A stretch of 64,000 bases of DNA from Felis catus (GCF_018350175.1 NC_058369.1:16740001-16804000); one strand, 5' to 3'; shown: positions 34,789-47,664, counted from the first letter of the stretch. Translations and numbers: made by a program. The notes: generated by a model from the letters alone, not told the origin.

Positions 34789-35055
34789 ATTAAATACACT
34801 TAAAATGTATAACCATCACCCTCGCCCACTGTCTATTACAAACCTTTTTCATCACCCAAAACAGAACCCTGTAACCCTTTGAGCCTCCTTTTCTGTCTCT
34901 GATTTGCCTATTCTAGACCTCTCCTGTAAGTAGAATCATACAGTATTGGCCTTTGTGTCAGGTTTATTTTGCTTAGTATAATGTTTTCAAGGTTCATCCA
35001 CATTGTAGTATGTATTCTAATTTAATTCCTTAAAAAAAAAAAAAGAAAAAGACTT

Positions 35056-35147
35056 GGGGCACTTGGCTGGCTCAGGCAGTAGAGCATGCAACTCTTGATC
35101 TTGGGGTCATAAGTTTAAGCCCCACATTGGGGGCAGCATTTACTTAA
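35056..35147 (+). mobile_element. Short CAN-SINE
   Basis: GGGGCACTTGGCTGGCTCAGGCAGTAGAGCATGCAACTCTTGATC; its 3' end was the target of the retrocopy. Confidence 0.8.
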
Positions 35148-35148
35148 A

Positions 35149-35491
35149 TTTTTTTTTTTTTTTTTTTTTTTTAGTGTCCTTCAACAATTTATATACTTTT
35201 AAAAAGATACAAAACAATCAGACATCACTTTTATAGAGTTTCATAAACAGCACTCTACAATAAATGATAATTTAGTTTGGCTAGAATAGTGTTAATATGA
35301 ACCAGGTTGCATATGAAAATTTGAACTTCGAGTCTTTAGAGTAGCAATGACTGTGAGAAAGAAATGGCTCTGTGTCGTCAGGTAAAGCTTTCCACCCCAT
35401 CTTTACTGCCACATATGGAAAAAAATAATCATTTACACAGGATGAGGGTGAGGGAGCCAGGAAGGCACCCTGGGAGTTATAAAAGTCTCTA
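35149..35491 (-). pseudogene. 5'-truncated processed retrocopy of an unidentified mRNA 3' end (or orphan L1 transduction)
   Basis: 24-nt poly(T) on + at 35149-35172; TATAAA-type signal about 15-20 nt before the poly(A); near-duplicated flank TACTTAA(G)ATTTTTTT at 35141 and 35492; TTTT/AAAA endonuclease site at 35507/35508. Confidence 0.7.
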
Positions 35492-35525
35492 TACTTAAGA
35501 TTTTTTTAAAAGGCTTTATTTTTTA

Positions 35526-35748
35526 GGGGCGCCTGGGTGGCGAAGTCGGTTAAGCATCTGACTTCAGCCAGGTCATGATCTCGCGGTCCGTGAGTTCGAG
35601 CCCCGCGTCGGGCTCTGGGCTGATGGCTCAGAGCCTGGAGCCTGTTTCAGATTCTGTGTCTCCCTCTCTCTGCCCCTCCCCCGTTCATGCTCTGTCTCTC
35701 TCTGTCGCAAAAATAAATAAACGTTAAAAAAAAATTTTTTTTTTAAAT
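35526..35748 (+). mobile_element. Young SINEC_Fc
   Basis: Perfect TSD AAAAGGCTTTATTTTTTA(G) at 35508 and 35749. Confidence 0.95.
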
Positions 35749-36488
35749 AAAAGGCTTTATTTTTTAGAGTAGTTTTAGGTTCACAGTAAAATTAAGCAGA
35801 AGGTATAGAAATTTCCCGTATACCCACTACCCCCACAGCACACACAGCACCCTCACTATCAGTTCCTGCACCAGAGTGTGGTACACTTGTCATAATCAAA
35901 CCCACACGAATACATCATGATCAGAGCTTATGGTGTACATCAAGGCCCCCTCTTAGTCGCGTATGTTCTGTGATTTTTGACATATATAATAACATGTAAG
36001 CACCATTATAGTATCATAAAGAATGGTTTCACTGCCCTAAAACCCCTCTGTGCTCTACCTTTCATCTCTCTCTCCCTACACCCACAGGCAACCACTGATC
36101 CTTTTATTGTCTCCATAGTTTGCCTTTTCCCGAGTGTTGGCAATCCTGTAGTATGTAGCCTTTTCAGATTGGCTTCTTTCACTTAGCAATATACGTTTTA
36201 AACTTCCTCTACATCCTTTCATGGCTTGATAGCTCATTTCTTTTTGCATTGAATGACATTCCATGTCTGGATGGATGGACCACAGCTTATTTATCCATTC
36301 AGCTCCTGAAGGATATCTTCAGGATATCCTTTTAACTTTTGGTAATTATGAATGTGGCTGCTATAAACATTCACGTGAAGGTTTTAGTGTGGACATAGGT
36401 TTTTAACTCCTTTGGGGAAATCTCAGGGAGTGTGATTTTAGATTGTATGATGAGAATATGTTTAGTTTTATAAGAAAATGCCAAATTA

Positions 36489-36712
36489 GGGGCACCTGGG
36501 TGGCTCAGTCGGTTAGCGTCCGACTGGGGCTCAGGTCATGATCTCGCAGTTCGTGGGTTTGAGCCCTGCATCGGGTTCTGTGCTGATAGCTCGGAGCCTG
36601 GAGCCTGCTTTGGATTCTGTGTCTCCTTCTCTCTCTGTTCCTCTCCTGCTCACGCTCTGTCTCTCTCTCCCTCTCTCAAAAGTAAATAAAGATTTAAAAA
36701 AATTTTCTTTTT
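36489..36712 (+). mobile_element. CAN-SINE
   Basis: TSD AAGAAAATGCCAAATT. Confidence 0.92.
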
Positions 36713-37036
36713 AAAGAAAATGCCAAATTGTCTTCCAAAGTGGCTATACCATTTTACATTCCCACCAGCACGAATGAGAGTTCCCAATGCTGCACATCTT
36801 TGTCACCATTTGGTGTTTTCAGTGTTTTTGATTTTGGCCATCATAATAGATGCACAGAGATACTCTTTTTTTAATTTACATTTCCTTGATGACATGGTAT
36901 GGAACATCTTTTCATATGCGTATTTGCCATCTGTGTATCTTCTTGCTGAGATGTCTGTTAAAATCTTTTGCCTGTTTTTTAAATTCACTTGTTTGTTTTC
37001 TTATCGTTAGGTTTTAAGAGTTCTTTGTATGTTTTG

Positions 37037-37150
37037 AGGGGCTCCTGGGTGGCTCAGTCAGCTCAGGTCATTATCTCTTGGTTTGTGGGTTTGAGCCCCG
37101 CATCAGGATCTGTTCTGACAGCTCAGATCCTGGAGCCTGCTTCAGATTCA

Positions 37151-37187
<37 letters not shown>

Positions 37188-37260
37188 TCCCTCTCTCTCT
37201 CTGCCCCTCCCCTGCTCGTACTCTGCCTCTCTCTGTCTCTCAAAAATAAATGCCAAAAAA
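37037..37260 (+). mobile_element. CAN-SINE
   Basis: Internal deletion near head; expanded (CT)n. Confidence 0.88.
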
Positions 37261-38836
37261 TTAAAGTTCTTTGTGTGTTTTGATTAATAGCCCTTTATCA
37301 GTTAGGTCCTTTGCAAATATTTGCTCCCCTTTTGTGGCTTATCTTCTCATTCTCTTGATTCATTCCTTTTTAAGGCTAACTAATATTCCATTGTATGTAT
37401 ATATACCACATTTTGTATACCCATTCATCTATTGATGGAGACCTGGGGTGGGCTGTTTCCACCTTTTGGCTATTGTGAATACTTCTGTGAATTTATGGGC
37501 ATACAAATATCTCTTTGAGACTATGCTTTCGATCCTTTTGGGTATATACCTAGGAGTAGAATTGCTGTGTCATATTATTACTCTATGTTTAACTTTCTGA
37601 AGAACCTCCAAACTTTTCCACCATTTTATATTTGCACCAGCAGTACAAGCAGTGCACAAGGCTTCTAGTTTCTCCACATCTTCACCAGCACTTGTTATTT
37701 TGTTTTGTTTTGTTTTGTTTTGTTTTGGTAATAGCTATCATTGTGGGTGTAAAGTGGTATCTTATCGTAGTTTTGATTTGCATTTCCCTGATGACTAATA
37801 ATTTTAAACATTTTTTCATGTGCATATTGACCATTTGCGTGCACTTTATTACTCGAAATTGGTTCAGATATTTTAGTTCTTTTTCCCATCATATGAATTT
37901 TGGAAGAATCTTGTCTGTATCTATAAAAATAATCTCGCTGTGGTTAGGAATTGCATCAGATCCACACATCAGTTGGGGGGAGAAATGACCTCTCTTTACT
38001 GTGTTGAGTGTTGTAATCCCTTAAGACCTGACTGGTGAGCAGAATGGGGGCCTTGAGGCACGACAAGGGCCCAGTCAGAGCTAAAGCCACCCATCTACTA
38101 AAGCCGGGAAAGAAGGTCCGCCTTTTCTGATCTTCCTCGGGGCTTTCTCTGGATCACGGTGCTCAGAACTCTGCTCTTAATAGCAGAACTACCCTCAGCA
38201 AGACCAACCATTTATTGGCTCATGTAATCCAACTGGAGAAAAGACAGTATTGATGATGTGCTGGGGACTGAAATGCTGTCAAGATACCTTCCCTGCATGT
38301 TCAATGCGCTCCTCCCGCTGCAGACTGGTTTTTCATACATGGAGGGTGGTGGAGCACCTGATGGGCCCTTGTTATCCTGGGGGGGATTGTCCCTCTTTCT
38401 CATTTGAAAAGTCCTGAGGAAGGGCCTCATTGTTAGGGTTTAAATCATATGTTGTATAGTGCGGTTGGAATGAATATGGAAGTTCCCAGAAGGTAAGGAG
38501 CACTAGACAAAGCTGACACGAGAGGGAGTCTATTGGAAGGTTTTTAGTGGCATGTGTTGAAGCCACAAGTGTTTTCTGTTAACCTTCAAGTAACCTAAAA
38601 TAGTTTAGTAAGAGATCATCATTATATTACAGATCATTGATAGCTAATATATGTTATTAGTATACATAGTTACCTAATTATATGGCTATCTAGTTAAAGG
38701 TAAATAATAATAATAAACATATTGTCATGGCAGTAGCCCTCAAGTGTTAACACTTATTTGCAGACTTACTGTACCTATTTATATATGTAAGAAAAATTTG
38801 AAGGACATGAGTAGAAAATCATGCCTCCTGTTCAGT

Positions 38837-38857
38837 CTTTTTTTTTTTTTTTTTTTT

Positions 38858-38889
<32 letters not shown>

Positions 38890-39021
38890 CCCGGGAGGGG
38901 CAGAGAGAGAATCCCAAGCAGGCCCCATGCTGTCAGCGTGGAGCCTAACGAACCGTGAGATCATGACCTGAGCCGAAATCAAGAGTCTGAGGCTTAATCA
39001 ACTGAGCCACCCAGGCGCCCC
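38837..39021 (-). mobile_element. CAN-SINE
   Basis: Antisense body with T tract. Confidence 0.88.
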
Positions 39022-39939
39022 TCCTGCTCAATTTTTGATAGGCTTTTCTAAATTTAACCAAGAGAACCTGCTGTCCATTTTGACTATAACCTTCAGTGAA
39101 ACTGCCATCTTTCTGAATGTGCAGTTGATTTATTTTCACGGGGAATTGTTTGTTGACTTTCTGAGTGGCTGTTGAGGATAGAGTTGGTATTTTAATACCA
39201 ATGACTATTTACTGAGCTATGTGAGGGATGTAGGAGACCCTTTTTGCCCTCAAGGAGTCTGAAGTCTACTAAGGGGGTAAAAACAAAAATACAGTGCTTG
39301 TGACTGAGGCTTCATATCTCCAACATGAAATAGCCTTACTTGTCTAAAATCTGAATGAGATTTTGTTTAGGGGTAGAGAGCTGGGTTGAGCTGACTTTGT
39401 GTTTGGCAGTTGCTGCATAAGATAGGGGTTTGGTTGATACCTGAGGTAGGAAAACAGATGCTTCAAGGCATCTCCATTCAGTCCACCTCTTCCATTTCTG
39501 ATGGACAAGGCTGCTTTATTGCTGAAACTGATTAGCATTTAAACTCCATGGGGGTGGGGGTGGGGGCAGAAAGAGAGAATAATTGTGTAACTATGATTAA
39601 GAAACTGAAGTTTAAAAAAAAAAAATGACATTGGTGGTGAGTAGGCCCATACCAGGCCATTAATGGCTCAAGTGTGAATGCTTCTATATCGGGCTTAGCT
39701 CATTTCCTTTTTTAAAAGGAGCATTTTGTATAAGATACTGTTTATCTCAGTGTTGAATCCACAAAGTGCAGACAGTTCATACTGGTTCAGTGAGTCTGTG
39801 AATACCAGCAAATCAGGTGTGATGTAAGGTGAGGGGGTTCTTAAGTTACAATCGGTATCTTCTCCTTTCTAGAGAATGTATTCACGTCCCTCTTCATAAT
39901 ATGTGTTCCCTGTGACTCTAAAGCAGAAATTAGCAAACT

Positions 39940-40172
39940 TTTTTTTATTATTTTTTTCTTTTTTTAATGTTTATTTATTTTTAAGAGAGAGAGAGAGAGA
40001 GGGACAGAGCACGAGCCAAGGGAGGGGCAGAGAGAGGGGGAGACACAGAATCTGAAGCAAGCTCTGGGCTCTGAGCTGACAGCACAGAGCCCGACATGGG
40101 ACTCGAACTCACGAACTGTGAGATCATGACCTGAAGTCAGATGCTTAACCAACTGAGCCACCCAGGCATCCC
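39940..40172 (-). mobile_element. CAN-SINE inside MER58B
   Basis: TSD GCAAACTTTTT. Confidence 0.9.
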
Positions 40173-40392
40173 TTGCAAACTTTTTCTATAAAGGTCCAAA
40201 CAGTAAATATTTTTGGCTTTGTAGGCCAATGGTCACTGTCATAGCTACTCAACTTTGAGATTGTATGGACAAGTCTGTGTTCCAATAAAACTGTATGTGG
40301 ACACTGAAATTTGGATTTCATATAATTCTCACATGTCATATTAGTCTCCTTTTGATTCCCTCCCCCCGCCCCAAATATATAAAAATGTGAAT

Positions 40393-40612
40393 GGGGCGCC
40401 TGGGTGGCTCAGTTGGCTGGGCATTCGACTTTGGCTCAGGTCATGATCTTGTGGTCCGTGAGTTCGAGCCCCGCGTTGGGCTCTGTGCTGACAGCTCGGA
40501 GCCTGGAGCCTGCTTCCGATTCTGTGTCTCCCTCTCTATCTGCCCCTCCCCCACTCACGCTCTGTCTCTCTCTGTCAAAAATAAATAAACATTAAAAAAA
40601 AATTTTTTTTTT
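40393..40612 (+). mobile_element. CAN-SINE inside MER58B
   Basis: TSD AATGTGAA. Confidence 0.9.
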
Positions 40613-40820
40613 TAATGTGAAAAACTACACTTAGCTCATGGGCCACACAAAAACAAGAGGCAGGCCAGATTTGGGCCCATAGACTATAGTTTGCTGACCC
40701 CTTCTCTAAAGATCTTAAAAATAACTTCTATTGGCTGGGAGCAAAGGACTCTGGATCTTGGTTTGAGCCCTACGTTTTGGGTGTAGAGGTTACTTAAAAA
40801 TAAAATATTTATTAAAAAAT

Positions 40821-41030
40821 GGGGCACCTGGGTGGCTTAGTTGGTGAAGCATCAACTTTGGCTCAGGTCTTGATCTCACTATTTGTGAGTTCAAGCCCCG
40901 CATCAGGTTCTGTGTTGGCAGTGCGAAGCCTACTTGGGATTCTCTCTCTCTCCCTGTCTTTCTGCCCCTCCCTGACTCGTGCTTTCTCTCTCTCTTTCTC
41001 TCTTTCTCTCAAAATAAATAAATAAATAGT
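40821..41030 (+). mobile_element. CAN-SINE
   Basis: Head, (CT)n, A tail. Confidence 0.88.
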
Positions 41031-41089
41031 TAAGAAAACTTCTATATAGTCTTATATTTGAGGACATTTATTTAACAGTTATATTGCAC

Positions 41090-41530
41090 TTAATATGTGC
41101 CATGCACCATTTTAAATGCCTTACAGAGATTAATTTAATCCTCACAATTAACCCCAGGAAAAAGGTACTGTGTAAATTTTTTTTTAATGTTTATTTGTTT
41201 TTGAGAGAGACAGAGTGTGAACAGGGGAGGGGCAGAGAGAGAGGGAGACACAGAATCCAAAGTAGGCTCCAGGCTCTGAGCTGATAGCCCAGAGCCTGAC
41301 GTGGGGCTTAAACTCACGAACCGCAAGATCATGTCCTCAGCCAAAGTTGGACGCTTAACTGACTGAGCCACCCAGGCGCCCCAAGAAAGGTACTGTTCAA
41401 TAACATTTTGCAGATGTGTGAATTGAGGCACAGAGAGGTTGAGTGACTAGCCCAGAGTCACACAGCTAGCACATGGCAGAACCTGGATCTGAACCCAGGT
41501 ATTCTAGCTCCAGAGCACTTGCTCTTATCT
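41090..41530 (-). mobile_element. MIR interrupted by a SINE
   Basis: ATTTTGCAGATGTGTGAATTGAGGCACAGAGAGGTT...CACACAGCTAG. Confidence 0.75.
41177..41382 (-). mobile_element. CAN-SINE inside MIR
   Basis: TSD AAAGGTACTGT. Confidence 0.9.
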
Positions 41531-42149
41531 ACAATGATATGCTATCTGTCTTAAAGGGTTTATAATTATTGATTTTCTAGCCTAAAGGAATTTTAGAGAT
41601 TAATCCATCCCTACTACATTTCCATTTTGTAGACACAGTCTCACGCACCAGCTTCCCGCATCGCCTTTATGATTCAAATTTGTGCCTCAGTAAAATCATG
41701 GATTACCACTTATGCACTTTCAGCGTCTCTTGTGACTGCCTAAAAGCTTAGTCTTAAATCCCACTTATCCCAAGGGTAATCTGTCTGCACAGGCTGGGCA
41801 CTTAACTGTTCCCTTAGTGTTTTATTTATGTTCCTTGTGAGATGTTTGAAGGTAGGAGCAAAAGTATCAAAATGCTTTCCATCAAAGGGAAATCTATTCT
41901 GGGCATATCTTTTGCTTTCTTTGGGAACACCTGTCTCAGATTCCTCCCAACTCAGATTTTGCCCTGCTGCTCTTCCTGCTTGAATAAGCAGCTGGTTGAA
42001 TCTTGAGCCCCACCTGTCTGTTGATAGGAAACAGAACTTGTGGTGTCATGCTACACTATCCTTGTTGATCTAAAGATACCACCAAAGCAGGGCTGTGAAT
42101 GGAAAACTTCCCAGTCTTTCCAAGGAAAAAAATGGAAGCTAGGTGTGAA

Positions 42150-42152
42150 TGT

Positions 42153-42202
<50 letters not shown>
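42150..42202. repeat. (GT)n microsatellite
   Basis: More than 20 GT units. Confidence 0.92.
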
Positions 42203-42204
<2 letters not shown>

Positions 42205-45052
42205 AAGCAAGTCAAAATTCAGGTAAATGATGAGGTGCTCAGGTCTTCTTGTTCTTTTTGCTTATAGTCTCAGATTCTACTAACCTCTGGTGAAGAGGTT
42301 CCTGTGCCACAGGGACTCAGCAGAGTTATTGCCAGGGGCTCTCATATCCAAATGTGCACCAGTCTGTCAGCCAGATAAATGATACGTTTAAGAGGTGGGC
42401 GTAATTACTTTTCAAACATATGTAGGTACCATCATGAGCAAAAAGCAAAGCTTTGCTGAATTCATGTTAGATGGCTGTTATTAATACAGTTACTACCTAT
42501 TGAGACACCCGATCCAGTTAGAGCCCCTTATTTACAGATGAAGAAACTGAGGCTCAGGGGTGAAGGGAAGAGATTTGCCTTGGTCACACAGAAAGAGAAC
42601 AGCTGGCCTGGAAGTTGGCACGGTTTGTATGTACCATATGGCTTGTGCTGTCTCCCTTGGGATGATCAGATAAAGCGATTGGTAAATATTTTGACCTTTA
42701 ATACTGCGCTGTACTTTCTAATAGAGTGGTTGATCACAGTAACATTTACCAGTATTTATAGTGCTTCTCTTGAGAATTTTAATGTGTTTTTTTGGTTTTT
42801 TTTTATTTGTTTGTTTGTTTGTTTTTACTGTATTCCTTGCTATACCAGCATTAAGTAGTAATCCTACCTGGAAATCCAGTCTAACCTAGAAGCAAAACAT
42901 AGGAGGATTGGGCAGCTTGCTTATATCTGTAGTAGAGCTGGCTCTAAAACTCAAGGTTGAATCTCTATGAATCAGACTGAACTTGTGAGGATTTTAGTTA
43001 TTTATATCTTAGCCTTCTATGGCTGTTACTCTCAGCTGGGTGTAAAAACAAACTTTTGTTAAATCTCTGCTAAGTGCCTGGCAGTGTGCTAGGGTATTTT
43101 CACATGTATTACCTGTCACTTGATTTAATAAGACCAATGTTGCAATTCTGAGGCTCTGCTCAGAAAAAGCTAAATAGCTTCAATCTGCTCCAGAGCCCAT
43201 CCATCTAGTCATTGATTTATTCATCTATTTACTGTTGTGGAGCACCAACATCAGGTTTGCAAATGTGCCCTTGAGTCATGTCCCATTGGTGGCCAAGCTG
43301 GAACAAATCACAGATCCATTCCTCCAACAAGACTCAGAATTGGCGGTAACATCAGCATGATCTGCACAGGGCAACACTTTTTTTCCCACTAGAACTTCAG
43401 GAATTTGGAGTGACCCTGCTGATTTGGTCGAATGACGTTCGCAGCATCTTTCTATTTGTACATCTTTCTATTTGATCTTCTTAAAAACTCTTGAGAAGTC
43501 AGACGAATAGGGACGATCTCATAAGTTGAGAAGCCAAACATGGAGGAGGCCTGTATGAGGTGACCTTGCTAGCACGGGCTGGGCCTTCTAGCTTGCACGT
43601 TTGTGTCACATGGCCATGTGTTATGGTTACATGGCATCATGAGCCACCGCTGCCCCCACGCTCTTCTCTTCCTTCAGGCGGCTCCTTGCTTCTCTTCTTT
43701 TCTTTTCCTTCCTGTACTTTCCTTCTGTTGCATCCTTCTGATGCGTCCCCAGTAGGTAGGCTTTGACTGTCAGAGTTCCACAAGGCTTCTTATACCCTCT
43801 TTGCACTCTAAGCTCTGTCCCTCGGTGACCTCTTCTTGTCTCTACACTGACAACTCCAAAAAGTGTCATTTGAGCCTAGACTCCATCTCTCTGTGTTCCA
43901 GATGTAGCCATCCACTTACTACACGGTATCTGTTCGGATGCCTCCCAGGCACTCAGTGGCAGCTTGTCCCAAACTTGACTCCATCTTCTACCCCTAACAT
44001 AGCCCTTCTGTGTCATTTCTCATCTAAGTGAATGGCAACTCCCAGTTCATGCTCTGCCTGCAGAGAATGGCTCCATGGCCTTAGAGACCCTTCCTTGTAC
44101 TGTTTCCTGGTTTCCTAACACTCTTAAAGTAAAATGTAGAATTTCTGAGTGCCCTATCTACTTTTCCAGCTTCACATCACATCACTTTCCTTTTCATATC
44201 TGTACTTGCATCATGGAGGCCACTTTGATTTTTAACAACTATCGACGGAATAGTGTGTTCATGATTTTTAAAACCAAGTATAGAGGAGTTGCAACACATG
44301 TGGATTTACGTTATCCTTACCTTCTTCCCCTTCATTTAACCCCATTAGCTCTTAATTTTCCCAACAAAGCTATTAACAGACATTATAAGTTACAGGGGCT
44401 TCATAATTAAAAAAAAAAAAAAAAACAACCATACAGAGGAACTCTATAGGTGAGCTTCAGTCTCTTCAGATCCTACTGTGCAGAGCCCCTGCTTAGAAAG
44501 AGGTTCTGTTTCCACTCTTTGTAGAAGCCAGATGGCCTGAGTGCCGAGTCTTTGCTGCAGTTTTAGTGGAAGTTGTTTGGATTTTCAGTTGGAATTGGTG
44601 TTTTTTTCTCAGAAGCACACTTATGTACCTAGGGAGTCCTGGGATTGCCCCTAATTTGCTTTGTAGATGCTAGTCATCGCGTACCATTCCAGAGCAGTTA
44701 AGTGTCTGGTGCTGATCCATGCGCTTACTAAGGAGTAGTGTGAGCACAGGCACTAGGTGTGTGCTGTGTGCACAGAGACCTGATATCCTGATCCAACCCA
44801 GGCAGCTCCATATGTGGTCATGCATTTAACTCTTTCAGTTCAGAGTGTTTCATTATACCACATATTTACTTTTTTCCTTCTGCCCTAGCTTGGAACCTAG
44901 CTCTTTCCAATACTTTAAATTAATGGTCTGATTCCGTTCTAGTGGTGCCACCAAAGCACCCTTGCTTTATTCCTTTTTTTTTTTTTTAATGAATTTTTTA
45001 TTTTGAGATAATTGTAGATTTGGATGTAGTTATTTGAAATAATAACAGTGCA

Positions 45053-45312
45053 GGGCGCCTGGGTGGCTCATTCGGTTGAGCGTCCAACTCTTGATTTCGG
45101 CTCAGGTCATGATCCCAGGGTCATGGGATGGAGCCCCACATGAAGCTTCATACTGAGCGTGGTACCTGCTTAAGATTCTCTCTCTCTCTCCCTCCCTCCC
45201 TCCCTCCCCCTCTCCCTTGCTCCCTCTCCCCCACTCTCCCCCACTCTCCCTCCCTCTCCTTGTGCCCCCTCCCCCATGCATGCTGTCTCTCTCTAAAATA
45301 AAAATAAGTAAA
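45053..45312 (+). mobile_element. CAN-SINE with expanded C-rich tract
   Basis: TSD GAAATAATAACAG; sits within an antisense L1 3'-end fragment. Confidence 0.88.
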
Positions 45313-45844
45313 AAGAGGAAATAATAACAGGGAGATCCTGTTTACCCTTTACCCAGTTTCCCCCATGGTAATCTTACAAAACTTCAGTACAACATCACAA
45401 CTAAGATTTTGACATTGATGTCATTCAACACTCTTACTCAGATTCCCCCAGCTTTACTTTTATTCACTGGTATGTATATGTGTGTTTAGTTCTATCTAAT
45501 TTTTTTTATCATGTGTAGGTTTTTTTATTATTTCAAAAATTTCCCACATGGCTGAGAACTTGAGCTGGGAGGAGGTGTTTATTTACTGGGTCCCTCTCAA
45601 ACTCCACTAGTAAACAGCTCAAGCATAATTCCTTCTCTTTTACATAATAGCTACTTAATTTTCAGGCAAGTTATTTAACTTCTAAATCTTCGTTTCCTCT
45701 TTTACAAAATGGAATTCACAGTAGCTACTTAATGCACAGGTTGCTATGAGGGCCAAAATGAGAAAATAATGCATAATGGGTACTTAACAAAAAGGAATTC
45801 AGTAAATGATCATCTCTCTCTATCTCTGTCTCTCTTTCTTTTCC

Positions 45845-46033
45845 TTTTTTTTTTTAAAGAAAGTGTGCGCAAGCTGCAGAGAGAAGCAGAGGGAGAGAGA
45901 GAGAGAATCTTAAGCAGGCTCACACTCAGCACACAGCCCTGAGGGGGCTTGATCCCATGGCCGTGGAATCATGACCTGAGCCAAAAGCAAGAGTTGGGCA
46001 TTCAGCCGACTGAACTACCCAGACAGGCACCCC
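45845..46033 (-). mobile_element. CAN-SINE
   Basis: Diverged antisense body. Confidence 0.82.
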
Positions 46034-47286
46034 TGATCATCTCATTTTTTAAGTGATTTTTTAAAACTGAGATTATAAATGAGAGTATTTGGGTTTTTTA
46101 AAGCTTTTCACAAAAATGTGGTATCTTAGGATTATAAAATTGGAAGATCCCTTAATAGGTTTGGGACTGGTGAAGAACCGCCCTAAACATTCTTAGGTGA
46201 TAGGACCTTATTCTTTGTAATAAACTAAAATCTGCCTCCCTGTCATTTCTGGATCTGCCCTCATCCATGTGATGACCCTTCTAGGGTTTGAGGACAGCTG
46301 CTGTGTCCCCCCTCCCAAATTATCTTTTACAAATGGGCTATCCTTTAGCCATTCCTCTTAAGATGTAGCTTCCAGACCTTCTCCCAGCTTGGTCTCCCTC
46401 TTCTGGATAAAGACAAATTTGTTGTCCCCTTTAACAAAATACAGAGTTCAGTTGTAATCTGGCTAATGTATCCCAAGATAGGCCTGCCTTCTCTTTACCT
46501 GAGCTTTTTGGGGAAACCAGGTCACCTAGTTTATGCACGTACCGTTTGTTCTTTTGTCTTCTGTCTACTTCCCAAATGAAAAATAAATGCATGGCAGTTT
46601 TACACAGCTAATTGAACACACATTTTAACCCCCGTGCTCTGCTGTAATCCCATTAAAATGATAGTAAGAGGGAGAAGAGGTATCAGTAGATGAGAGGTCA
46701 ATGGAATGTTGACACCAGAAAGTAGGAAGTGTGGTGAGCTTTGAGGGCCAGAGGAACTGAAAGTGCCTCCCGGGGGAGAGACTAAGAAGAAAGAGGATTT
46801 GTAATGCAGAACCCTGGAATAGTTCCAGAATTGGAGAAACAAAATACTGAAAACAGGAAGATTAGTTGAAAGTCTGTGTGAAAAGCAATTAGTTGCCTAC
46901 AACTCCTCCCCCACTCTCCCAGGAGACCAGAATTTCAGTCTTACATATTGAACCAGAGGCATACCAAGGATAGAAGAAGGGATGGAATATGGTGCAAAAC
47001 TGAAAATAAAGGCTTTAAGGCAGAGGTCTAAATAGTGAATGGTAGGACCATCACCTCTCTAACCTACTTTTCAGAATATCTGCAGGCAGGCACTCCCATC
47101 CAAGAGATTGGAAGATCCATCTCTGATAAAGTTTGCCACAGAGAAAAAGTTCCAAAGATACTATTTTTAGGGGTCCTCAGTAGAATGGCAGGGTCTTGCT
47201 TGGTCACCAATGTGACATCCACAAGTTGATAAGCCTAGTTCTCCCACACAGAACTTTCAAACAGTTTCTAAAAATATCAGCAGTTA

Positions 47287-47500
47287 GGGGTACCTGGTTG
47301 GCTCAGTCGGTTGAGCATCTGACTTCGGTTCAGGTTATGATCTCACAGTTCGTGGGTTTGAGCCCCATGTCAGGCTCTGTGCTGACAGCTCAGAGCCTGG
47401 AGCCTGCTTCAGATTCTGTGTCTCCCTCTCTCTCTCTGCCCCTCCCTTGCTCACACTCTGTCTCTCTCTTAAAATTTAAACATTAAAAAAAAATTTTTTT
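47287..47500 (+). mobile_element. CAN-SINE
   Basis: TSD TATCAGCAG. Confidence 0.9.
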
Positions 47501-47664
47501 TAAAGTATCAGCAGATAGCCACTGTCATGAGGCATTTAAAGCAAGCCTCTAACATAAAAGACAGAGACCAAAACAAATGGGGGAGAAAAGAACTCAGAGG
47601 AATAACAGTAAAAGCAGGGAGGAAGAGGAGAAAAAGAAGAAAAAAAATTAACATTTTAAAAAAA

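Larger units (their letters stand above)
30975..38020 (-). mobile_element. Stack of nested antisense L1 fragments (L1MB/L1MC-like) hosting LTRs, SINEs and a retrocopy
   Basis: Several L1 3'-end and ORF2-end signatures, e.g. TTCCAGAGTGGCTGTGCCATTTTACATTC, TTTAGAGTAGTTTTAGGTTCACAG, TTTGCATTTCCCTGATGACTAAT. Confidence 0.8.
39924..40703 (+). mobile_element. MER58B (hAT-Charlie) interrupted by two SINEs
   Basis: MER58 termini and intact 8-bp TSD CTCTAAAG at 39916-39923 and 40704-40711. Confidence 0.85.
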
